A DNA stretch of 64,000 nt from an uncultured Candidatus Saccharibacteria bacterium (GTDB lineage Bacteria > Patescibacteriota > Minisyncoccia > Phycocordibacterales > UBA9973), in assembly GCA_964500465.1 (NCBI GenBank), contig CAZCNB010000001.1, positions 34,567 through 98,566 of the forward strand. Direction: 5' to 3'. A program made the translations under genes and the position numbers. Shown one piece after another: positions 9,835 to 20,129 of the stretch. The notes under the pieces are model-generated. The model saw nothing but the letters and a program-made list of their open reading frames with translations. It was not told where the DNA came from and made no database searches. Each line of letters starts with the position of its first letter. The first letter of the stretch is position 1.

Positions 9835-10736
9835 TTTTTTCTCTTAACGTAGATAAACGTAATCAAACTAGTTATAAACATTAAAAATAAAACCAAATAA
9901 TAGTTGTCTGGATTTTTTATTCTTAAGAAATTACTGTTTATAACAAATATATTAGATATTACAGTTATTGGTGATATTAAAAATGTTACAACAGTCAAAA
10001 TTTTAATTGTTTCTGTACTTTTACTTGCCAAAAGAGAGTCATTAGTATCTCTCAAATCATCTAATATTTCTTTGTGACTATCTAATATGTCTTGAGTTTT
10101 TGTATATTCACTTATTATTGCGGATAAGTAATAGCTAAAATTATCACCAAAGAATTTCTTTGCTACAAATTCAAACTGATTAAGTGCTTCTTTATGAAAA
10201 CGCAATGCTTGTCTAAAATCTATCAAAGTACGATTTATATTTGATATAGTAACAACCATCTTACTTTCTTGACCATCAAATATGTTTTTTTCTGTTTCCC
10301 GAAGTAAAGAATTCATATCATTTAATTCGTATCGAGAGTGAGCATACAATGCTTTAATCAAATGGTAGAAAAGAAATCCTGCATGATCTACATCTATGCG
10401 TTTTTCAAGTATTGCGTCAACTTCAAAACTCTTTGAAAACTCATGAAGAGATTCTATAAATTCATAGTGTGTTGTGATTATGAATTTATTTCCCACAATA
10501 AAATCTATTTCTTGCTCGACTCCCTTATTTCTATGATGAGAAATACGAGGGAAGTGCATTATGAGATAAATAAAATTCGGATATAAATCTACACGTGATT
10601 GCGGGGTTCTATTATGCAGTTCTTCTGATACTAATGTTGGTATTGAATATTCTTCCATAATATGGATCAATTCTTCTTCTGTTGGTGACTCTAAATCAAT
10701 CCAAGTTAAACCCTTATATGTGTATTTTGATATCAT
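9825..10736 (-). CDS. CorA-family divalent cation channel, GMN motif replaced by NSN
   Basis: N-terminal WIDLESPTEEE; C-terminal two TM helices LTVVTFLISPITVISNIFVINSNF...KRKKWL aligning to CorA TM1-GMN-TM2-KKKKWL. Confidence 0.7.
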   Translation of the reverse strand: MISKYTYKGLTWIDLESPTEEELIHIMEEYSIPTLVSEELHNRTPQSRVDLYPNFIYLIMHFPRISHHRNKGVEQEIDFIVGNKFIITTHYEFIESLHEFSKSFEVDAILEKRIDVDHAGFLFYHLIKALYAHSRYELNDMNSLLRETEKNIFDGQESKMVVTISNINRTLIDFRQALRFHKEALNQFEFVAKKFFGDNFSYYLSAIISEYTKTQDILDSHKEILDDLRDTNDSLLASKSTETIKILTVVTFLISPITVISNIFVINSNFLRIKNPDNYYLVLFLMFITSLITFIYVKRKKWL

Positions 10737-10834
10737 ATAAGGCTATTATAGCGTTACACTTGCATTTTTCAAAGGTTTTGTGTATTATAGGTCCTGTGGA
10801 AACTCTGTAAATATAGAGTTTTTTATATAAATTT

Positions 10835-11197
10835 ATGGCAACAGCTAAAAAGACTACAAAAAAAGAAAAGGTAGAAAATACAGAATTTGCTGTAATTCTT
10901 ACGGGAGGTAAACAGTATAAAGTTGCTGTTGGTGATATTTTGAAGGTTGAAAAGATGGATGGAGAATACAAAAACGGAGACAAAATTGTTTTTGATAAAG
11001 TACTACTAGTTGATAACGGAACAGATACTACCATAGGCTCACCTTATATTCCTAACGCAAAAGTTGAATCACTGTTTCAAAAAGCAGGACGCGGTAAAAC
11101 AGTAAAAGTTGTTAAGTACAAACAAAAGAGCCGATACCTAAAGCGCAACGGACACAGACAACCATTCATTGAAGTTAAAATCTCAGCAATAAAATAA
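10835..11197 (+). CDS. rplU: Ribosomal protein bL21 with N-terminal Lys-rich extension
   Basis: FAVILTGGKQYKVAVGDILKVEK ... RNGHRQPFIEVKI typical L21. Confidence 0.9.
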   Translation: MATAKKTTKKEKVENTEFAVILTGGKQYKVAVGDILKVEKMDGEYKNGDKIVFDKVLLVDNGTDTTIGSPYIPNAKVESLFQKAGRGKTVKVVKYKQKSRYLKRNGHRQPFIEVKISAIK

Positions 11198-11224
11198 ACT
11201 CCCTAACTCGGGAGTTTATTTTAT
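11196..11224. terminator. Bidirectional intrinsic terminator (rplU / recR)
   Basis: aaactccctaactcgggagttt hairpin flanked by A/T runs. Confidence 0.7.
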
Positions 11225-11839
11225 TTAGGATCTATTTTTCAATGCATTTTTTATAGTTTCACTATCTGAATATTCTAATTCTGTTCCAGTAGAAAGACCT
11301 TTACCTAAAGAGACTATGTTTAAACCGTATTTTTTCTCAACCGATGATAGTGTTTCGCGTAAATACATATCTGTATGTTCTCCCTGTGGATTTAATGATA
11401 AAGCTATTATTATTTCTTTCAAAGTATTTTCTTTTGCTAAATTTTCAACCTTACTAATTAATTCTTTTATTCTCACAAAACTAGGAGTTTCTTTAGTTAC
11501 AATTGGAACTAACCCTCCCAATATAAAGTAAGCACCGCTATAGTTTTTGCTTCTTTTGATACTTTCAAAATCAGCATCTTTTTCTACAATCATTAAAACT
11601 GCTTTATCTGTTTTTGTGCTACTACATGTCTCACATGTAGAGCCTTTTGGTCCTTGAAAAAATAGAAAACAAGATGGACATTGATTTATAGAATTGCGAA
11701 GTGATAAAATTTCATCCCCCAATTCTTTTACATAATTTGGATTTTTATGTAATAAAAAATAAACAAAGCGTTTTGCTTGACGCTCACCAATACCAGGAAA
11801 CTCTTTGAATATTTCTGCTAATTTTTCAATTGGATTCAT
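11225..11839 (-). CDS. recR: Recombination protein RecR
   Basis: HhH N-terminus (FPGIGERQAKR), C4 zinc finger CPSC...CETC, Toprim domain. Confidence 0.9.
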   Translation of the reverse strand: MNPIEKLAEIFKEFPGIGERQAKRFVYFLLHKNPNYVKELGDEILSLRNSINQCPSCFLFFQGPKGSTCETCSSTKTDKAVLMIVEKDADFESIKRSKNYSGAYFILGGLVPIVTKETPSFVRIKELISKVENLAKENTLKEIIIALSLNPQGEHTDMYLRETLSSVEKKYGLNIVSLGKGLSTGTELEYSDSETIKNALKNRS

Positions 11840-13239
11840 TAGAATTGATCTATATCTCCAACTTCACGAGTTGAGGACGAGAAACTATTAAGGTTACTTT
11901 TCTCAATACTTACAAATGTAGTCAATTTTTCATCAAAGTAAAGTTCAACTTTACCAACTGGGCCGTTACGGTGCTTTTCGATAAGAATTTCTGCTATATT
12001 CGTACGCTCTGATTCATCTTTTCCTTTGTCCTCGCGATGAATAAACATAACCACATCAGCATCTTGTTCAATAGATCCTGAATCACGAAGATCAGATAAT
12101 CTTGGTCTACCACCACGACTCTCAACCGCACGAGAAAGTTGAGATAGCGCAATAACTGGAACATTAAACTCTTTAGCTAATCCTTTGAGTGATCTTGAGA
12201 TCTCAGTAACTTGGTTTACCATGCTGTCGTAATTTTTAGAAGTAGACATTAACTGAAGATAATCTACAATTATGAGTCCTAAGCCATGTTCGGCTTTAAT
12301 TCTTCTACAAACTGATCTCATCCTAACTATTGAGTTACCAGCCATATCGTCCACATATATAGGGGCTCTAGATAACTTGTCCAGTGAATCTCGTATTTTC
12401 GAAAATTCATTTTCAGCTGATAAATTACCGGTTCTAAGATTCCAAGCATTAACTCTTGATTGAGCAGCAAGCATCCTATCTACTAATTGTTGAGTACTCA
12501 TTTCAAGAGAGAATATTACAGTTGGAGTTCCGTGATTAAGTGCTGCTTGGCGTGCGATATCAAGAGCAAGAGTGGTTTTTCCCATCGATGGACGAGCGGC
12601 TAGAATTATAAGATCAGATTTTTGAAGTCCTGATAAGTACTGATCAAGGTCATGAAAACCAGTAGGAACTCCACGAAGTTCACCCTTACTCTCATGAAGT
12701 CTCTCCAACCTATCCCATGCTTCTGGAAGACTATCTTTTAAAGATTGAAACGCGTGACCACTTGAAGTGTTGTTGCTAATTCCCATCATTCTTTTTTCTG
12801 CTTGATCAAGTACTTCAAAAACATCTTCTATTTCTTCTTTAAATCCAAGTTCTGATATATCTACGCCTGCTTCAATAATTTTTCTTAATATATTTTTTTT
12901 AGCAACTATATCAGCATAATGTTTTATGTTTGTAGATGCCGGAACGGAATCTGTTAGTTCACTTAAATATGCAGTCCCTCCAATTTGGTCGAGTAATCCT
13001 TTTTCTTTCAATTTATGTGATACAGATAAGATATCAATAGGTTCACCCTTACTTGATAGTTCAAGCATTATACTGTAAATCTGACCATGCTTAGTTGTAT
13101 AAAAAGAGTCGATACTTAAAATATCACTAATCTCATGGATAGCCTGAGGTCGTAGCATTATAGATCCTAAGACGGCTTTTTCTGAGTCGATACTTTGTGG
13201 TGGTATTCTAAGATTGTTTTTTCTATCTGCCATGTGCAA
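11839..13239 (-). CDS. dnaB: Replicative DNA helicase DnaB
   Basis: Walker A GMGKTTLALDIA, RecA-like C-terminal domain, DnaB N-terminal domain. Confidence 0.95.
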   Translation of the reverse strand: MHMADRKNNLRIPPQSIDSEKAVLGSIMLRPQAIHEISDILSIDSFYTTKHGQIYSIMLELSSKGEPIDILSVSHKLKEKGLLDQIGGTAYLSELTDSVPASTNIKHYADIVAKKNILRKIIEAGVDISELGFKEEIEDVFEVLDQAEKRMMGISNNTSSGHAFQSLKDSLPEAWDRLERLHESKGELRGVPTGFHDLDQYLSGLQKSDLIILAARPSMGKTTLALDIARQAALNHGTPTVIFSLEMSTQQLVDRMLAAQSRVNAWNLRTGNLSAENEFSKIRDSLDKLSRAPIYVDDMAGNSIVRMRSVCRRIKAEHGLGLIIVDYLQLMSTSKNYDSMVNQVTEISRSLKGLAKEFNVPVIALSQLSRAVESRGGRPRLSDLRDSGSIEQDADVVMFIHREDKGKDESERTNIAEILIEKHRNGPVGKVELYFDEKLTTFVSIEKSNLNSFSSSTREVGDIDQF

Positions 13240-13337
13240 TATTGTAGCATAGTCGCGAGAGGTTCAAATTGTTATTTTTAGAACAAATATGTGGGTAAAA
13301 TGTGCAAAACTGTTGGTTTTTTGTTATTATTAAGCTT

Positions 13338-14309
13338 ATGAAAAAACGTTTACTTTCTGGCGTTAAACCAACAGGAGCTCCTCATATCGGAAATTACTTC
13401 GGTGCTATGCGTCAATTCGTTGATTTACAGAAAGATTATGAAGCCTTTATTATGATAGCTGACTATCATGCTCTTAACTTTATTCAAAATAAAAAGGAAA
13501 TGGAGGAAAATATACTCGGAGTGACTTTAGACTACCTAGGTATAGGGCTTGATCCGAAGAAGGTTACAATATTCAAACAATCAGATGTTCAAGCTCATAC
13601 AGAACTTGCTTGGATTTTTGACACAATAACCACAATGCCGTACTTGATGCGTGCTCATGCTTTCAAAGACGCTGAAGCTAAAAATAAAGAAATAAATGTT
13701 GGAACTTTTAACTATCCCATGTTAATGTCTGCTGACATCTTGCTTTACGACCCTGAGATAGTTCCAGTTGGTTCAGATCAAAAACAACATGTTGAATACG
13801 CTCGTGATACTGCTCAAAAATTTAATAATATTTACGGAGAAACTTTTGTTATGTCTAAGGAGCTAATCATGAAAGAAGTTGCTACAGTTCCAGGTACAGA
13901 TGGTCAAAAAATGAGTAAGAGTTACAAAAATACAATCCCACTTTTTGGCACCGATGAGGAGATAAAAAAATCAGTCATGAGTATAGTTACTGACTCTAAA
14001 ACACCAGAAGAACCTAAAAATCCAGAAACTTGTAACATTTTTGCGCTGCATAAACTTTTCTTAAATGAAAAAGACTTAAAAGAGCTTTCTGAAAAATATA
14101 AAAAAGGCGGTATGAGTTATAAAGAATCTAAGGAAATGTTACTTGAAGAAATTCTAAGTTTGATTAGACCGATGCGTGAAAGACGTGAGAAATATGCTAA
14201 AAACCTAAATAAGGTTCGTAGTATATTAAAAAAAGGAGGTAAAAAAGCGTCAAAAATTGCTGAGAAAAAAATGAAACTAATACGTAATAATATTGGAGTT
14301 AATATATAA
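13338..14309 (+). CDS. trpS: Tryptophanyl-tRNA synthetase
   Basis: LSGVKPTGAPHIGNY (HIGH), KMSKS present; start moved to internal ATG at 13338 (MKKRLLSG). Confidence 0.9.
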   Translation: MKKRLLSGVKPTGAPHIGNYFGAMRQFVDLQKDYEAFIMIADYHALNFIQNKKEMEENILGVTLDYLGIGLDPKKVTIFKQSDVQAHTELAWIFDTITTMPYLMRAHAFKDAEAKNKEINVGTFNYPMLMSADILLYDPEIVPVGSDQKQHVEYARDTAQKFNNIYGETFVMSKELIMKEVATVPGTDGQKMSKSYKNTIPLFGTDEEIKKSVMSIVTDSKTPEEPKNPETCNIFALHKLFLNEKDLKELSEKYKKGGMSYKESKEMLLEEILSLIRPMRERREKYAKNLNKVRSILKKGGKKASKIAEKKMKLIRNNIGVNI

Positions 14310-14312
14310 TCT

Positions 14313-14591
14313 ATGTTTTCTATAATTCTAAGATATATAATTATAATAATTGCCGCACTCTTAATTATTAAAAGCTTCAAATTTTTACGAGTTATTTTGA
14401 CAGTAGTGCTTGGTATTATTTACATACCTATAAACAATTTCAATCTAGCTGTACAAAAATGGTACTTTGGAATGAAACACAAGGATAAGGTTACTTATTA
14501 TTTATTTACCCCCTTTTACTGGATTATCGTAGGTCTAACTTTCATAGTATCTATACCTTATGAGTTCGTGATAGCAATGGATATACATTAG
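14313..14591 (+). CDS. Small hydrophobic membrane protein, unknown function
   Basis: Two predicted TM helices; no motif. Confidence 0.3.
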   Translation: MFSIILRYIIIIIAALLIIKSFKFLRVILTVVLGIIYIPINNFNLAVQKWYFGMKHKDKVTYYLFTPFYWIIVGLTFIVSIPYEFVIAMDIH

Positions 14592-14599
14592 ACCCGATG

Positions 14600-14810
14600 C
14601 ATGTTTTATGTTAGTATGTGTATAGGCCTTTGAACCAGCTGACACTGGGGAGGCAGGGAAAGAAAGTATTAATTACAAGTAGACTCCCTCGTAATAACTA
14701 CGATACAGTTTTTAAATGAGTCGAAAAGTAGGGTGGCACCGCGACAAAAATCGCCCCTGCAAATGTATTATTATTAATACGTTTGGAGAGGCGATTTTTG
14801 TTTTCTCTAA
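14600..14810 (+). promoter_or_regulatory. T-box riboswitch leader upstream of aspS
   Basis: Conserved T-box sequence AGTAGGGTGGCACCGCG at 14727-14743 followed by terminator hairpin (aaatcgcccc.../...ggaggcgattt) and TTTTTGTTTT; Stem I-like helix upstream. Confidence 0.6.
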
Positions 14811-14822
14811 ACTCTAGAATAT

Positions 14823-16172
14823 ATGACAAATAGAGTATATATAAAAGATTTAAATAAATATACTGGCCAAGAAGTAACAATATCTGGCTGGGTAAATGTT
14901 CGACGTGATCAAGGTAAACTTGTATTCATAGATATGAGAGATATGACTGGTTTTGTTCAATGTGTTGTATTACCGAATCACACAGAAGCTATGGAACAAA
15001 TAAAAGAAGTACGAGTTGAATGGGTCCTTAAGCTAACCGGTATTGTAAATAAACGCCCAGAAAAAAATATAAAAGTAGGAGTTATAAATGGTGATATAGA
15101 ACTTGAAATAACTAAGGTTGAAGTACTTGCTCAAGCAGCAACATTACCTTTTGATATATCACTCGACGGCTACAATCTAGAACTTACAACTGAACTTGAT
15201 AACCGTTCTTTAGTTTTGAGACAACCAAAAATTCAAGCAGTGTTCAAGGTTCAAGAAACTATAATAGATTCTTTTAGAGAATTTATGAAAAAAAATATGT
15301 TTTTTGAATTTCAAGCTCCAGCTATTACTCCAGCAACAGCTGAAGGTGGAGCAGAAGTTTTTCAAATTGGATACTTTGATAAAAAAGCATACTTAACTCA
15401 ATCGCCTCAACTTTACAAACAAATTGTTATGTCTGCATTTGAAAGATGTTTTTCTGTAAACAAAGTTTTTCGAGCAGAACCTTCCTCAACCACACGTCAC
15501 TTAACAGAAATAGTTTCGCTCGATGCTGAAATGGCATTTATTGATTCATGGAGAGATGTGAGAGATATGGCAGAAGAGACAGTAAGATATATTTTGAAAC
15601 AAGTTGAAGAAAAGAATTCTGAACATCTTAAAATTCTAGGTGCAACATTGCCAGTAATGATCGATAAAACTCCAACTCTTACACTTGCTGAAGTTCAACA
15701 GAAAATATTTGAAAAAACTGGACGTGATGTAAGAGGTGATAAGGACACTAACCCTCAAGATGAAAGAGAAATATGTGAAATAATAAAAGAGGAGACTGGT
15801 TCAGATTTCGTGTTTATATATGGATATCCAACTCGCAAAAAACCCTTCTATGTATATCCAAATCCAGAAAATCCAGAATTTAATGAAGGTATGGATTTAA
15901 TATGTCGTGGGGTTGAATGGCTCTCTGGTGGTAGAAGAATAAATGATTACAATCAACTAATGGAACATGTTAAAACTTGGAATATGGACCCTGAGAAAAT
16001 AAAAATGTTTCTAGAAGCATTCAAGTACGGTGTTCCTCCAGAAGGAGGTTTTGCTTTCGGAGCTGAGCGTATAACTATGCAACTTCTTGGGCTTAAAAAT
16101 ATTCGAGAAGCTTGTATGTTCCCAAGAGATATGAATAGAATTGATGAGAAACTTAATAGTGATGGATATTAA
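14823..16172 (+). CDS. aspS: Aspartyl-tRNA synthetase, short archaeal/eukaryal-type (possibly non-discriminating; AsnRS not excluded)
   Basis: Class II motifs FRAEPSSTTRHLTE (motif 2) and GFAFGAERITMQLLG (motif 3); N-terminal OB fold; 449 aa rather than ~590 aa bacterial type. Confidence 0.8.
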   Translation: MTNRVYIKDLNKYTGQEVTISGWVNVRRDQGKLVFIDMRDMTGFVQCVVLPNHTEAMEQIKEVRVEWVLKLTGIVNKRPEKNIKVGVINGDIELEITKVEVLAQAATLPFDISLDGYNLELTTELDNRSLVLRQPKIQAVFKVQETIIDSFREFMKKNMFFEFQAPAITPATAEGGAEVFQIGYFDKKAYLTQSPQLYKQIVMSAFERCFSVNKVFRAEPSSTTRHLTEIVSLDAEMAFIDSWRDVRDMAEETVRYILKQVEEKNSEHLKILGATLPVMIDKTPTLTLAEVQQKIFEKTGRDVRGDKDTNPQDEREICEIIKEETGSDFVFIYGYPTRKKPFYVYPNPENPEFNEGMDLICRGVEWLSGGRRINDYNQLMEHVKTWNMDPEKIKMFLEAFKYGVPPEGGFAFGAERITMQLLGLKNIREACMFPRDMNRIDEKLNSDGY

Positions 16173-16174
16173 TT

Positions 16175-16633
16175 ATGGACGACTGTATTTTTTGTAAAAT
16201 CGTAAAAGGAACAGCGCCAGCTTTTAAAATATGGGAAGATGATAAACATCTAGCTTTTTTAAGCATTTTTCCAAATACTGAAGGATTTAGTGTGGTGATT
16301 ACTAAAGATCATTATGATAGTTACGCTTTTGAATTGCCTGATAACGTACTATCAGGGCTAGTTCTCGCAGCAAAAAAAGTAGGAAAGTTGCTTGATGAGA
16401 AATTAGATGATGTTGGTAGAACTGGAATGATATTTGAAGGATTTGGAGTAAATCATATTCATGCAAAACTTTTCCCTATGCATGGCACGAAAAGTGACGA
16501 ATGGAGGCAATATGTAAATAAGATAGAGAAATATTTTGACAAATACGAAGGTTATATTTCATCACATGATTACAAAATGGCAGATCAAGACTGGTTAAGA
16601 GATGTTGCTAATAAAATAAACAATGGAAGATAA
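16175..16633 (+). CDS. HIT-family hydrolase
   Basis: CIFCKIVKG N-terminus and VNHIHAKLFP histidine-triad-like motif (one His of HxHxH not conserved). Confidence 0.75.
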   Translation: MDDCIFCKIVKGTAPAFKIWEDDKHLAFLSIFPNTEGFSVVITKDHYDSYAFELPDNVLSGLVLAAKKVGKLLDEKLDDVGRTGMIFEGFGVNHIHAKLFPMHGTKSDEWRQYVNKIEKYFDKYEGYISSHDYKMADQDWLRDVANKINNGR

Positions 16634-17408
16634 TAAATCCACATTAAACTATACAGTAAAAACTAGTTCATTTGAGGGTCCACTTGAACTGCTCCTTTCT
16701 CTTGTAGAAGCAAAGAAATTATTCGTAAATGATGTTTCTCTTGCACAAGTCACTGATGACTACATCAAATATATAAGAAATTTGCCTAGTAGGGAAAATA
16801 ATGCACATATATCTGATGTCTCAAGTTTTTTGTTAATTGCTGCTACGCTTATCTTAATCAAATCTAAGTCACTATTGCCAAATCTTTCTTTAACAGAAGA
16901 TGAAGAAGATAAGATTTTTGATCTTGAAAATAGATTAAGAATGTATCAGATAATTAAAAACTCAACCGTAGACATTAAAGCGAAATTCGGCACAAAAATT
17001 ATATTTAGACCATTAGAAAGGAATTGGAACGAAGTTATTTTTTCACCTGATCCAGTGATTACTGTTGATACTATGTTTTCTTCAATAAATGATGTACTTG
17101 CTCATGTACCTAAAAAAGAAGAAAAATTACCCGAAGTTGAGGTAAAAAAAGTCATCAATATTGAAGAAATTATCAATAGCTTAACAGATAGAATTCAGAA
17201 TGCTATTAATCTATCTTTTAAAGATTTTGCTAAAAGTCATAAAGCTGAAAATAATGTTGAAGCAAGGGTTCATATTATAGTTTCGTTTCTTGCTATGTTA
17301 GAATTAGTTCGTGAAGGTATAATTGATGTTGTGCAAAACAATACTTTTGAAGATATAAGTATTACAAAGCAATCCGTCGAACAAGAGTTAAACATAGAAA
17401 ATCAATAA
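16623..17408 (+). CDS. scpA: Segregation and condensation protein A (kleisin)
   Basis: Size, position upstream of scpB, N-terminal FEGPLELLLSLV motif. Confidence 0.8.
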   Translation: MEDNKSTLNYTVKTSSFEGPLELLLSLVEAKKLFVNDVSLAQVTDDYIKYIRNLPSRENNAHISDVSSFLLIAATLILIKSKSLLPNLSLTEDEEDKIFDLENRLRMYQIIKNSTVDIKAKFGTKIIFRPLERNWNEVIFSPDPVITVDTMFSSINDVLAHVPKKEEKLPEVEVKKVINIEEIINSLTDRIQNAINLSFKDFAKSHKAENNVEARVHIIVSFLAMLELVREGIIDVVQNNTFEDISITKQSVEQELNIENQ

Positions 17409-17409
17409 C

Positions 17410-17949
17410 ATGGAACTAGAATCAAAAATTGAAGGACTTCTTTTTTATAAAGGTGAAGATATGCCCATAAAAAAGATAGCCGAATTACTTAAAGTCAGCA
17501 CTGATGAAGTGAGTACAGCTTTATTAAATTTAGAAAAATCTTTGGAAACAAGAGGTATTACTTTAATTAAAAAAGATAGCTCTGTAATGCTCGGAGTTTC
17601 CGCAGAACTTTCTAACATAATAGAATCAATCAGAAAAGAAGAATTAACTAAAGATTTATCAAAAGCTTCGATTGAAACATTATCAATTATAATGTACAAA
17701 AATGGAGTTTCTAGAAGCGAAATAGATTACATCCGAGGAGTAAATTCAAGTTTCATAATCAGAAACTTACTAGTTAGAGGATTAGTAGACAAAGTAATAG
17801 ACGAAAATGACAGTAGGAGAAATCTTTATAAACCATCTTTTGATACACTGTCTTATATGGGAGTAACTTCAGTTGAAAATTTACCTAATTATGAAAATAT
17901 TAGAAACGAATTAAATAGTGTAATAAAACAAGAAGATAAAAATGACTAA
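17410..17949 (+). CDS. scpB: Segregation and condensation protein B
   Basis: Tandem winged-helix; IEGLLFYKGEDMPIKKIAELL typical ScpB start. Confidence 0.8.
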   Translation: MELESKIEGLLFYKGEDMPIKKIAELLKVSTDEVSTALLNLEKSLETRGITLIKKDSSVMLGVSAELSNIIESIRKEELTKDLSKASIETLSIIMYKNGVSRSEIDYIRGVNSSFIIRNLLVRGLVDKVIDENDSRRNLYKPSFDTLSYMGVTSVENLPNYENIRNELNSVIKQEDKND

Positions 17950-18991
17950 TGCACTTAAAATATTACTTCCAGCTGCTATAAGTTTCTTAATGGGCATTAT
18001 ACTTACCCCAATCGCAACCCACTATTTCTACAAATATAAATTATGGAGAAGGGTTTCTCGATTGCAAAATGTTCCAGAAAGTAATTTTGCAAAAATTAAT
18101 GATGGAGTTACTGAAACTTCAACACCAAGAACTGGTGGCATGATAGTTTGGGTTTCAGTTGTATTAACAATTTTTATATTTTGGTTGGCTAATTTATTTT
18201 TTAATGATGAACTCAGTAACAAACTTTACTTCATAAGTAGAGGGCAAACATTGTTACCACTATTTACACTTATAGTTGCGTCTATAATTGGCTTAGGGGA
18301 TGATTTCATACAGATATTTGGAAGTGGTAAATGGACAACAGATCCCATCAAATTACGCTATATAAAAATATCAATCATAGTAGGGCTTGGAATTATAATT
18401 GGTTGGTGGTTTTTTGTTAAACTTGGCATATCAAGTTTATATATACCTTGGTTTGGTTTAGTTGACTTAGGATATATATTCATTCCGTTCTTTATACTGA
18501 TAATGCTAGGAGTTTGGTCTACTAGTGTCATTGATGGGATTGATGGACTCTCTGGTGGAGTACTTGCTTCTATTTTTGCAAGTTATACGTTAATTGCCTT
18601 TTTTCATGACCAATTAGATTTAGCGGCATTTTGTGCTGTTATTTCTGGAGGAATTTTAGCTTTTCTTTGGTTTAATATACCTCCCGCAAGATTTTATATG
18701 GGTGAAACTGGTATGATTGGACTTACGGTAACTTTGTCCGTAATAGCTTTTTTAACAAACACCGTTCTATTATTGCCTATAATAGCATTTCCGCTGTTCA
18801 TAACTTCACTATCTAGTCTGATTCAAATGTTTTCAAGAAGATTTAGAAACGGAAAAAAAGTATTTCTATTTGCTCCATTACATCATCATTTTGAAGCTTT
18901 AGGGTGGCCAAAGTATAAAGTTACCATGCGGTATTGGATAGTTGGAGTTATTACTTCTATGGTTGGAGTTATAATATCACTTGTAGATTAA
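17942..18991 (+). CDS. mraY: Phospho-N-acetylmuramoyl-pentapeptide transferase
   Basis: TPRTGGMIV, GLGDDFIQI, polytopic; dcw cluster context. Confidence 0.9.
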   Translation: MTNALKILLPAAISFLMGIILTPIATHYFYKYKLWRRVSRLQNVPESNFAKINDGVTETSTPRTGGMIVWVSVVLTIFIFWLANLFFNDELSNKLYFISRGQTLLPLFTLIVASIIGLGDDFIQIFGSGKWTTDPIKLRYIKISIIVGLGIIIGWWFFVKLGISSLYIPWFGLVDLGYIFIPFFILIMLGVWSTSVIDGIDGLSGGVLASIFASYTLIAFFHDQLDLAAFCAVISGGILAFLWFNIPPARFYMGETGMIGLTVTLSVIAFLTNTVLLLPIIAFPLFITSLSSLIQMFSRRFRNGKKVFLFAPLHHHFEALGWPKYKVTMRYWIVGVITSMVGVIISLVD

Positions 18992-20095
18992 ATGAAAAAA
19001 GGAAATATTGATAGAATTTTTTTGGGCATAATTATTGCACTAATTATTATAGGTGTAATTATGTTTACTTCTGCATCTCTAGGAATACTTGCTCGCAATG
19101 AAACTAAATTTTACAGTGTAATATTTGCACAATTTGTTTTCGGATTACTAGGAGGATTAATTGCTTTATATATAGGGCTTAGGATACCTTACAAGTTTTG
19201 GAGAGATTATTCCTTGCCAATCTTTATAATTTCGATCGCTCTTACTTTACTTGTCTTTTTACCTAAATTTGGCACATATCATGGAGGAGCTAGAAGATGG
19301 GTCAATATATTTGGTTTCTCTTTTCAACCGGTTGAATTCTTGAAAATAGGATTCATTCTATACTTTGCAGCATGGCTTTCTTGGGCAAAAAATAGAATTA
19401 ATGATATAAGATATAGTTTACTACCTTTAGTTGTTATGCTAGGTTTAATAGCACTTATTTTACTAAAACAACCAGACACAAAGAGTATTATTTTAATAAC
19501 AATTACAGGGATTACAATGTTGTTTGTTTCGGGTGTATCTTGGAAATATATTTTAAGTTTTTTAGGTATAAGCATTATAGGTTTTATGATACTAATTTCT
19601 TTTAAACCTTATTTAAAAGAAAGAATCAACACCTTTATAAATCCAAACCAAAATGGAAGTAGCACTTCATATCAATTACAACAATCTCTTATTGCGGTTG
19701 GATCGGGCGGAGCTTTTGGAAGAGGTTTAGGTCAAAGTATTCAAAAATTTAATTACTTACCGGAACCCCAAGGTGATTCTATCTTTGCTGTTGTTGGGGA
19801 AGAATTAGGATTTTTAGGTGGTACTGTTCTAATATTACTTTACGTTGCTTTTGCTTTAAGAGGTTATAAAATTGCTTATCAAGCTCCAGATTCTTTTAGT
19901 AAATTGTTAGTTATTGGAACAATAACAATAATAACAGCCCAATCTTTCATGAACATTGCATCTATAATTGGTGTTTTTCCATTAACCGGGGTCCCTTTAG
20001 TTTTTATAAGTCACGGTGGTACAGCTCTACTTCTTTCTATTGGCATGATGGGTATAATACTAAACATCTCAAGGAGTCAGAAAAAACAACACTAG
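18992..20095 (+). CDS. ftsW: SEDS-family peptidoglycan glycosyltransferase FtsW/RodA
   Basis: 10 TM SEDS architecture, between mraY and murG. Confidence 0.8.
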   Translation: MKKGNIDRIFLGIIIALIIIGVIMFTSASLGILARNETKFYSVIFAQFVFGLLGGLIALYIGLRIPYKFWRDYSLPIFIISIALTLLVFLPKFGTYHGGARRWVNIFGFSFQPVEFLKIGFILYFAAWLSWAKNRINDIRYSLLPLVVMLGLIALILLKQPDTKSIILITITGITMLFVSGVSWKYILSFLGISIIGFMILISFKPYLKERINTFINPNQNGSSTSYQLQQSLIAVGSGGAFGRGLGQSIQKFNYLPEPQGDSIFAVVGEELGFLGGTVLILLYVAFALRGYKIAYQAPDSFSKLLVIGTITIITAQSFMNIASIIGVFPLTGVPLVFISHGGTALLLSIGMMGIILNISRSQKKQH

Positions 20096-20129
20096 AATAT
20101 CTATAAAAAATAGGGTAGAATCATCTTAT

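Noticed and set aside
16175-16633. Non-canonical histidine triad (NHIHAK instead of HxHxHxx) as a possible inactive HIT
   Set aside because: HIT variants with two His are common, and activity cannot be judged without alignment; not pursued.
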